Source: Candidatus Kaiserbacteria bacterium
GTDB lineage: Bacteria; Patescibacteriota; Minisyncoccia; Phycocordibacterales; UBA2100
NCBI GenBank assembly: GCA_016432285.1
Contig: CP066682.1
Coordinates: 794,274 to 858,273 of the forward strand
DNA length: 64,000 bases
Direction: 5' to 3'
Shown: in pieces, positions 58,398-64,000 of the stretch
How the letters are laid out: each line of letters opens with the position of its first letter
Numbering within the stretch: the first letter of the stretch is position 1
Notes under the pieces: model-generated
Told to the model about the DNA's origin: nothing
Seen by the model: the letters and a program-made list of their open reading frames with translations, nothing else
Databases searched by the model: none
Made by a program: the position numbers and the translations under genes

Positions 58398-58847
58398 TTA
58401 GATGCTGAGACGAGCTGCCATAGCTATCAGTGCGCCGGCGCCTTCGATCGCAAATGCGGAGAGCACGACAAGTGCAGATGCAGTAAGTACAAGAAGTCGC
58501 GCGCCGCGATTCATCGATACATCCTCGAAGCGGGTAACAACGACGAGGAGAAACGAGAGAATAAGCGTGATGAAGAAAGCGTGCTCCTTCGTCTCCATCA
58601 CGATCGTATGCGCCAAGGGATATACACCTTTGAGAATGAGTGCTTTGTCGACGGCGTAGTAGTTGACGTACCAGTAGCCGCCTGCGATCCACGTCGCAAT
58701 CATCATGACCGCCGTGAGTACGCTCCCCCAGTACAGCCGCGCCTTGTTGCGAGGACTCGCGTTCAGTGCTTCGACGAATACCCAGACAGCAGAGAGAAGG
58801 CCGATGAGGCCGGTCGTCGGATGGATCATGAGGATGAGCTTATCCAT
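58398..58847 (-). CDS. Hypothetical 4-TM membrane protein (start at MDKLILMIHPTTG)
   Basis: Hydrophobic helices; first gene of 3-gene operon. Confidence 0.4.
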   Translation of the reverse strand: MDKLILMIHPTTGLIGLLSAVWVFVEALNASPRNKARLYWGSVLTAVMMIATWIAGGYWYVNYYAVDKALILKGVYPLAHTIVMETKEHAFFITLILSFLLVVVTRFEDVSMNRGARLLVLTASALVVLSAFAIEGAGALIAMAARLSI

Positions 58848-58897
58848 ACACTCATTGTATCGCCGCAACATCGCAGAAGTGAACGTTATCCACGCGG

Positions 58898-58950
58898 TGG
58901 GTGCGGGGAGACTCGAACTCCCAATCCTTACGGAATACGATTCTGATCCG
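58898..58950 (-). other. tRNA-like fragment: 42-nt near-identical copy (1 mismatch) of the 3' half (anticodon loop to T-arm) of the adjacent tRNA-Leu, with non-pairing acceptor ends
   Basis: 58905-58946 matches 58992-59033 (ggggagactcgaactcccaatcctt[a/g]cggaatacgattctga); 5' portion GGGCGUACUCCGCCAGCCGGCGGA cannot form acceptor/D arms. Confidence 0.5.
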
Positions 58951-58984
58951 CCGGCTGGCGGAGTACGCCCATTTCAGAGCATTG

Positions 58985-59066
58985 TGGGCATGGGGAGACT
59001 CGAACTCCCAATCCTTGCGGAATACGATTCTGAATCGTACGCGTATACCAATTCCGCCACATGCCC
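58985..59066 (-). tRNA. tRNA-Leu (anticodon CAG), type II with long variable arm
   Basis: Hand fold: acceptor GGGCAUG/CAUGCCC, D-arm GCG/CGC, anticodon stem UACGA/UCGUA with loop UUCAGAA, variable arm UCC-GCAA-GGA, T-arm GGGAG-UUCGAGU-CUCCC, discriminator A; CCA not encoded. Confidence 0.8.
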
Positions 59067-59123
59067 ACAATGATTTGAAAGTACCTTTCTGGCCAGTTCC
59101 GCCACGCACCCGGAAATGCCATT

Positions 59124-59762
59124 CTATTTGAAATCGGCGGGCACTACCAGCGTTTTTGGGTCGCTGCCATCCCAGTGAATTTCTCCGCGCACGACCAGGT
59201 TGGTGATCTTCGGCTGCCATAGAAGTTCGGCTTCGTGCACTCTGTGCGCGATTTCTTCCACTGTCATTCCCCTCTCGAGCGGTACGCGATATTCGAAAAA
59301 GGCAGGGCCTCTATCGTGCTCTTCGGTGACGAAGTGCATGGTGAATCCGGATTCCGTGATCTCGCCCCGATCGAGCGCTTCCTTCACCGCTTCGTAGAGG
59401 TGCGTGCCGTACATGCCCTTCCCACCGAAGCGCCCCCCAAATTGCGAGAGGAGCGCGGGGTGGATATTGATCGTCCGGGCCGGATCGAGCCTGTGCACGT
59501 GCTTCAGCCACCCGGAGAGTGCGATGTATTCGGCCCCCGCGTCTGCGACGATTTTTTGATAATCGGAATCGGGCGTAAAAAAGATAAAGGGAATGCCAAG
59601 CCGGTCTGCGCGCTCTCGCACGCCCCCGTGTTCGTGATTGGAAACAACCGCAACGACTTCGGCATCGAGTACGCCCCGCTTGGTGGCCTCGACGAGATTC
59701 TCGAAGCCCGAGCCTCCGCCTTCTTTCGTGCCCGACGCAAATACGATGAGCTTCGCTTGCAT
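59124..59762 (-). CDS. PurN-like formyltransferase (phosphoribosylglycinamide or sugar N-formyltransferase), start at MQAKLIVFASG
   Basis: Formyl_trans_N signature IVFASGTKEGGGSGFENL and INIHPALLSQFGG (HPSLLP-like) with catalytic Asn/His/Asp arrangement. Confidence 0.7.
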   Translation of the reverse strand: MQAKLIVFASGTKEGGGSGFENLVEATKRGVLDAEVVAVVSNHEHGGVRERADRLGIPFIFFTPDSDYQKIVADAGAEYIALSGWLKHVHRLDPARTINIHPALLSQFGGRFGGKGMYGTHLYEAVKEALDRGEITESGFTMHFVTEEHDRGPAFFEYRVPLERGMTVEEIAHRVHEAELLWQPKITNLVVRGEIHWDGSDPKTLVVPADFK

Positions 59763-59763
59763 G

Positions 59764-61086
59764 TTATTCAACTGCTTCGACGGAAGCGCCGAGTTGCTTG
59801 AGACGCTCATGGAGATTTTCGTAGCCGCGGTTGATTGGGTAGACATCCAAGAGCGTGGAATCACCCTCCGCCGCGAGCATGCCGATGAGAAGGAGCGTGG
59901 CGGGCCGCAGGGCCGGCGGGCATGAAACATCGGCCGCATGCAGCTTCGTGGGCCCCTCGATCTCCACGCGGTGCGGATCGATGAGCGTCATGCGCGCGCC
60001 GAGCTTTACCATTTCCATGTAGTGCTTCGCGCGGCCCTCGTACACCCAGTCGTGTATCAGCGTCTTCCCTTTTGCCTGCGTGGCCACCGGCACGAAAAAG
60101 GGCAGATTGTCGATGTTGATGCCGGGGTACGGGCGTGGCGCGATCTTTTCGGGCGCCGCCACCAAATCCGACGCGTGGATCGTGATGTCGCGCAGAATCG
60201 TGTGGCCGTTCTCCGCGGCGTAGCTTTCGCCCCGCGAGTGCTTCAAGCCCATGTGCTCAAGCGTGAAGAGCTCGAGTTCGAGAAAATCGATCGGGCAACG
60301 TTTTATGGTGATCTCCGAGCCGGTCGTCGCCGCAAGCGCGATGAAAAACATCGATTCGATCGGATCTTCGCTCGGGTAGCCGTGCGCCTCAATCGCGATG
60401 TCGCGAAGGCCATGCACCACGAGCGTCGAGGTGCCGAGCCCCTCGATCCGCACGCCGCAGTGCTGCAAGAAAACGCAGAGATCCTGCACCATATAATTCG
60501 CGCTCGCGAATTTGATGGTCGTGATGCCGGGGATTTTCGCCGCCGCCATGAGCACGTTCTCCGCGCCGGTGTCCGACGCCTCGTACATAACGATCTCTGT
60601 CGATCGCGGTTTTGTGAGATCGCTCGATTCCACGTGGTACGACTGGCCGTCCTGGTTGCCGCTCACACGAATCCCGAGACGCGCGAGTGCGTCGATGTGT
60701 GAGCCGAGGCTGCGCTTCCCGAGGTCGCACCCCGTGGGCGCTGGGAGCTCAAAATCGCCGAGCAGGTGCGCGAGCGGGGCGATGAAAAGCGCGATGGAGC
60801 GCGTGCGGCGCGCCGCCGCTACGTCGAGATGTGTGAGGTCGACTTTTTCAGGAGGCGTGATCCGCATATCTCCCGATGGATCCCACACGATTTTCACGCC
60901 GATGCTCTCCATCACTTCCAAGAGGCGCTTCACCTCCTCGATGCGCGGCATGCGCTTCAGTACCGTCTCGCCGCGATTGAGGAGCGAGGCCGCGAGGAGT
61001 GCCAGCGCCGCGTTCTTCGAGACGTTGGTGGTAACCGTGCCGGAGAGCTTTTTGCCGCCGCTGACCTTATAGTTCATGGTGGCCAT
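59764..61086 (-). CDS. murA: UDP-N-acetylglucosamine 1-carboxyvinyltransferase
   Basis: EPSP-synthase-fold MurA N-terminus MATMNYKVSGGKKLSGTV and catalytic Cys region (DLGKRSLGSHIDAL). Confidence 0.9.
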   Translation of the reverse strand: MATMNYKVSGGKKLSGTVTTNVSKNAALALLAASLLNRGETVLKRMPRIEEVKRLLEVMESIGVKIVWDPSGDMRITPPEKVDLTHLDVAAARRTRSIALFIAPLAHLLGDFELPAPTGCDLGKRSLGSHIDALARLGIRVSGNQDGQSYHVESSDLTKPRSTEIVMYEASDTGAENVLMAAAKIPGITTIKFASANYMVQDLCVFLQHCGVRIEGLGTSTLVVHGLRDIAIEAHGYPSEDPIESMFFIALAATTGSEITIKRCPIDFLELELFTLEHMGLKHSRGESYAAENGHTILRDITIHASDLVAAPEKIAPRPYPGINIDNLPFFVPVATQAKGKTLIHDWVYEGRAKHYMEMVKLGARMTLIDPHRVEIEGPTKLHAADVSCPPALRPATLLLIGMLAAEGDSTLLDVYPINRGYENLHERLKQLGASVEAVE

Positions 61087-61186
61087 TATACTTTTTTATC
61101 TGTCCCCAGACAGCGCTACGCATGCTGTTGGCAAGAGCTATCATTGACACATGGGTGAAGGTCTCGAAGGCAAGAACAATAAAAAG

Positions 61187-61690
61187 ATGTCGAGGGGCAA
61201 GGCCATGCTCGCGGCAATCGGTATGGTAGCTGCGGCTGAAGCTGCGATTCCTGCCAATACGGCCGGAGCGCAAACTATTGAGCAGTACTCTCATGACGAG
61301 CGGGTTGGGCAGGACCCGAGGATCGCGAGGTTGCCCAAAGAAACGACCTTATTTCAAACAGCCGGCAAGGGTCAGATGAATATTGTGGACGGGGCGACGC
61401 TCGATCCGAAGATCACCCATATCTACCAGACGACGAGAGGAGGTGCGAATATCGTTAAGAACAAGAGACTCATGAGGCCGGACATTGTGATCATACAGGA
61501 GGGTGGTGCTAACGTGGTTAGCGGCGAAGACCCTAACATCACCATCGATGGTCGCGGCAACATCAACGTCACAGGCAGAGGCAATGCCGTCAGCGGAGAG
61601 CCCGTTCCAAAGGTAGAAATGCCGGATAAGTGGCCGTTTACCGACAAAGACAACCCCTTCAAAAAACCGGGCTGGCCGTTCAATAAGTAA
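61187..61690 (+). CDS. Secreted Gly/Asn-repeat protein (curlin-like or beta-helix-like repeats), start at MSRGKAMLAAIGMVAAA
   Basis: Signal peptide; repeats GGANIV / GGANVV / GRGNINVTGRGNAVSG. Confidence 0.4.
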   Translation: MSRGKAMLAAIGMVAAAEAAIPANTAGAQTIEQYSHDERVGQDPRIARLPKETTLFQTAGKGQMNIVDGATLDPKITHIYQTTRGGANIVKNKRLMRPDIVIIQEGGANVVSGEDPNITIDGRGNINVTGRGNAVSGEPVPKVEMPDKWPFTDKDNPFKKPGWPFNK

Positions 61691-61697
61691 TTTTCAG

Positions 61698-61769
61698 TGC
61701 GCGTGCTTGGAATCGGACCAAGGGCCTCCATCTTATCAGGATGGCGTTCTACCACTGAACTACACGCGC
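61698..61769 (-). tRNA. tRNA-Ile (anticodon GAU)
   Basis: Hand fold: acceptor GCGCGUG/CACGCGC, D-arm GUUC-AGUGGUAGA-GAAC, anticodon stem CCAUC/GAUGG loop CUGAUAA, T-arm CUUGG-UCCGAUU-CCAAG, discriminator A. Confidence 0.8.
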
Positions 61770-61874
61770 TTTTTTCTATCGCGGGGAATGGTAGCAAAAA
61801 TGGAGCTTCGATGCTACTTTCCCCTGTAGGCCGGACAGCAGCATTACTGCCATCCCCGGTCGCACGGAGGTGTC

Positions 61875-62174
61875 ATGGCCCACCACGGTCAAACCAAAAA
61901 CAACCATCGTGCGCGCGACAACCAAAACTGGAGGCCGCGCAACGGAAACGGGAAGACTGGCAAGAGGAAGGAGAAACAGGGCGGGCATCGCAACAAATAC
62001 GCGGCCCACAGCCGTGCCGCGGATCGTCAGCGCGATCTCGCGAGCGGCAAGGGCGCGCTCTTGCTCGACAGCACGCCCCTCGTACAGGAGCCTCAGCGTC
62101 AGAAGGAGCGCTGGGATTCCGGTATGGTGCCCCGCAACTGCTACCGCTCGAGTTCGGGCAACTTCGACTTCTGA
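61875..62174 (+). CDS. Small (99 aa) highly basic, low-complexity protein MAHHGQTKNNHRARDNQNWRPRNGNGKTGKRKEKQGG... with strong SD and downstream terminator
   Basis: GGAGG at 61866-61870, 4-nt spacer, ATG 61875; stop TGA 62172-62174; GC hairpin 62209-62235 plus T-run follows. Frame differs from the track's 61870 ORF. Confidence 0.4.
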   Translation: MAHHGQTKNNHRARDNQNWRPRNGNGKTGKRKEKQGGHRNKYAAHSRAADRQRDLASGKGALLLDSTPLVQEPQRQKERWDSGMVPRNCYRSSSGNFDF

Positions 62175-62208
62175 ACTGCCTGGCAGCAACATTCGTTCGA
62201 AGCATTCA

Positions 62209-62247
62209 GCCGGTCCCGCGCTTCGCGGGACCGGCACTTCCTTTTTA
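62209..62247 (+). terminator. Intrinsic terminator (gccggtcccgcg-cttc-gcgggaccggc then acttcctttttaa); possibly bidirectional with cfa
   Basis: 11-bp GC stem, tetraloop, T5 run on plus strand; A-run on the other side. Confidence 0.45.
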
Positions 62248-62253
62248 ATATCT

Positions 62254-63378
62254 CTACCTCACCGCTGTGTACCCGCCACTGACGCCACGCGGCGACAAGA
62301 CGATCTGCCAGAGCTGCGATTCGCGCGCGCGGAAAGCGCCTGCGCACGAAAGGAGGTAGAACTTCCACATGCGAAAGAAACGCTCGTCATATTTTTCCCG
62401 GAGCTGCGGCCAGTGCCGTTCGAAATTTTCAAACCACGCGAGCAGCGTCTTTTCGTAGTCAGCGCCGAAATTGTGCCAGTCTTCGAGCACGAAGAGCCGG
62501 TCCGTCGCGGCCGCGATCTGCGCCGCCGAAGGGAGTATACCGTTGGGAAAAATGTACTTGTCGATCCACGGGTCAGCGATCAGCGATGTGTGTTTGAAGC
62601 CGATGGCATGAAGAAGAAAGAGTCCGTCGTCCTTGAGAAGGCGGCGTGCCAGGCGAAAGAAGGTCTTGTAGTTTTTGTGGCCCACGTGCTCAAACATGCC
62701 GACCGATACGATCTTGTCATACGGCCCGTCGGCTATGTCCCGGTAATCCTGGAGCCGAATATCGACGGGAAGGCCCGCAGCGCGCTCCCGCGCGAGCGCG
62801 GCCTGTTCCTTCGAGATGGTAACGCCGACCACATGCGCGCCGTAGCGCTCGGCGGCAAAGACCGCGAAGCTCCCCCACCCGCACCCGATGTCGAGCACGC
62901 GCTCGCCCTGCTTCAGACCAATTTTGCGGCAGATGAGGTCGAGCTTCGCCTCCTGCGCGCCGTCCAAATCCTTTACGTCTTTCCAGTACCCGCACGAGTA
63001 GGCCATACGCCGATCGAGCATGCGCTCGTAGAGGTCGTTGCCGATGTCGTAGTGGCGGTACGCCACCTCTTTCGCGCGGCGCTTGCCCTGCAAATTGAGG
63101 AGCCGGTGCCGCAGGGCCGAGAGCGCGAGGGGTATCACGTTGATCGCGCGGATTTTTCGCGCCTGGCGCGAGCGCAACACTCGTGCGATGAGCTCGGGCA
63201 GATCCGCGACGTCCCACGAACCGTCCATGTAACCTTCGCCGACGGCGATAAGCCCATGGGAAAAGATGCGCCCAAAGATGCGCTCGTCGCGAATCTGCGG
63301 ATCCCAGGCATGAGGGCCATCGAGCACCACGCCCGCGGGCTCAAGCAATTCCTGCAAGACTTCTTTGTGATTTTTCAT
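62254..63378 (-). CDS. cfa: Cyclopropane-fatty-acyl-phospholipid synthase
   Basis: CMAS family: VLDIGCGWGSFAVFAAERYGAHVVGVTISKEQ, start at MKNHKEVLQELLEP. Confidence 0.85.
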   Translation of the reverse strand: MKNHKEVLQELLEPAGVVLDGPHAWDPQIRDERIFGRIFSHGLIAVGEGYMDGSWDVADLPELIARVLRSRQARKIRAINVIPLALSALRHRLLNLQGKRRAKEVAYRHYDIGNDLYERMLDRRMAYSCGYWKDVKDLDGAQEAKLDLICRKIGLKQGERVLDIGCGWGSFAVFAAERYGAHVVGVTISKEQAALARERAAGLPVDIRLQDYRDIADGPYDKIVSVGMFEHVGHKNYKTFFRLARRLLKDDGLFLLHAIGFKHTSLIADPWIDKYIFPNGILPSAAQIAAATDRLFVLEDWHNFGADYEKTLLAWFENFERHWPQLREKYDERFFRMWKFYLLSCAGAFRARESQLWQIVLSPRGVSGGYTAVR

Positions 63379-63567
63379 GACGAAAGCGAAGCGCGACTGT
63401 GTGATTATACGCTGAATACAAAACACCCGGTCGGACAACTCGCTACCGAGGTTAAACCTCGGTACCGCGAGGCATCGCCTGCACGCCGTAGAAGTGTTCT
63501 TTTATATTTTAGCTTTGGAGAGATAATGAGCATCCGGTAGAAAAACCGCGCACACATGGAGGGCGTC

Positions 63568-63759
63568 ATGCCACCCGCAGCACGTAGTTCTGTGAAGCGA
63601 TTGCCAGCAGGTTACAAGACGTACACGTACACGAGCCCCGGTTATTCGTTCCAGGAGTTCGTCGACACCGTGAAAAAAGATTTTGGCGGCAGTCTCGAGG
63701 GACTCACATTCGGGATCTGCTATTTCAGCGGCGTACTCACTGTCCGGCGCGCCGGGTAG
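63568..63759 (+). CDS. Small hypothetical protein (start MPPAARSS; SD GGAGGG 4 nt upstream)
   Basis: ORF with good SD and plausible -10 GATAAT upstream; no recognisable domain. Confidence 0.3.
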   Translation: MPPAARSSVKRLPAGYKTYTYTSPGYSFQEFVDTVKKDFGGSLEGLTFGICYFSGVLTVRRAG

Positions 63760-64000
63760 ATCGGCGAAGATTCTGAGTCCGCATCGCGCACAGAAAACGG
63801 CGCGACCATCTCTGGCCGCGCCGTTTCCCTTATACACTCTTTTGTTCCGTCTGTTCCCTCGGTTTTGAAACGGTATATACTTATTCCCATGATAGTTGAA
63901 CATCCGGACTCGCATGATGCCTTTAAGAATCCGGACGCGGCGGCAATCGATCTTGCAGTCGGGCATGCGAAAAATACGATCGAAAAGTATGGCGCGGCAG

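Noticed and set aside
57415-58692. 425-aa version of the methyltransferase ORF
   Set aside because: N-terminal about 200 aa are Arg/Cys-rich, overlap two upstream genes on the same strand, and lack domain character. An internal start at 58092 gives a TAATG-coupled 225-aa methyltransferase.
58898-58950. Second complete tRNA upstream of tRNA-Leu
   Set aside because: Acceptor-stem candidates (GGGCGUA versus CGCACCC) pair at only 5 of 7 positions. No D-arm can be formed, and the anticodon stem 5' strand is missing. It is interpreted as a partial duplicate.
61423-61797. 124-aa minus-strand ORF (MLPFPAIEKS...)
   Set aside because: It is the in-frame translation of tRNA-Ile and its flanks; the tRNA fold is unambiguous.
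63870-64000. Possible plus-strand gene start (MIVEHPDSHDAFKNPDAAAIDLAVGHAKNTIEKYGAA...) running off the window end
   Set aside because: Only 38 codons visible, no clear SD, and it is overlapped by an alternative minus-strand ORF. Insufficient sequence to support a call.

Overview
This 64-kb window is GC-rich, compact, and coded almost entirely on the minus strand. The gene content looks like a streamlined CPR/Patescibacteria-type bacterium. There are no biosynthetic pathways beyond cell-envelope functions. Single housekeeping genes present are secA, rsmI, murC-murI-murD, murA, cfa, a purN-like formyltransferase, a yhhQ-type queuosine-precursor transporter and a CofE-like ligase. Two tRNAs are present, Leu-CAG and Ile-GAU.

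The centre of the window (about 9.8 to 43.8 kb) is one very large cell-surface glycan biosynthesis island:
- a nonulosonic-acid (sialic/pseudaminic-like) module with an unusual NeuB-cupin fusion, a NeuA-like CMP-sugar synthetase, a PseB/CapD-like dehydratase, an RmlD-like reductase, a NeuC/WecB-like 2-epimerase, an AsnB/PseA-like amidotransferase, and two paralogous TylC3-type C-methyltransferases;
- eight GT4 glycosyltransferases and an exostosin (GT47)-like protein;
- two polyprenol-phosphate-sugar GT2 plus GT-C membrane glycosyltransferase modules;
- a Wzx flippase, an O-antigen-ligase-like protein with TPR repeats, a CE4 deacetylase, and several SAM methyltransferases and oxidoreductases.

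Other notable items:
- a 1.1-kb structured noncoding island (2912-4045) with a 31-nt direct repeat pair, a cluster of GCGAAGC-type hairpins, an intrinsic terminator, a micro-ORF and a perfect DnaA box;
- a candidate cobalamin riboswitch driving two DUF4430/transcobalamin-like surface proteins;
- an operon pairing a secreted lamin-tail/PKD protein with a soluble VirD4/TraD-like ATPase and a GHL10-like hydrolase;
- a nucleoside-salvage mini-cluster (Nudix, 2-deoxyribosyltransferase-like, DeoC-like, HAD);
- a tRNA-Leu with an adjacent 42-nt duplicate of its 3' half;
- two small RBS-led ORFs missed by the ORF track's size cutoff or its frame choice.

Many long plus-strand ORFs in the track are antisense shadows of well-supported minus-strand genes and are rejected. 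All functional calls are from reading the translations, with no database search, so family-level calls are more reliable than precise enzyme names.
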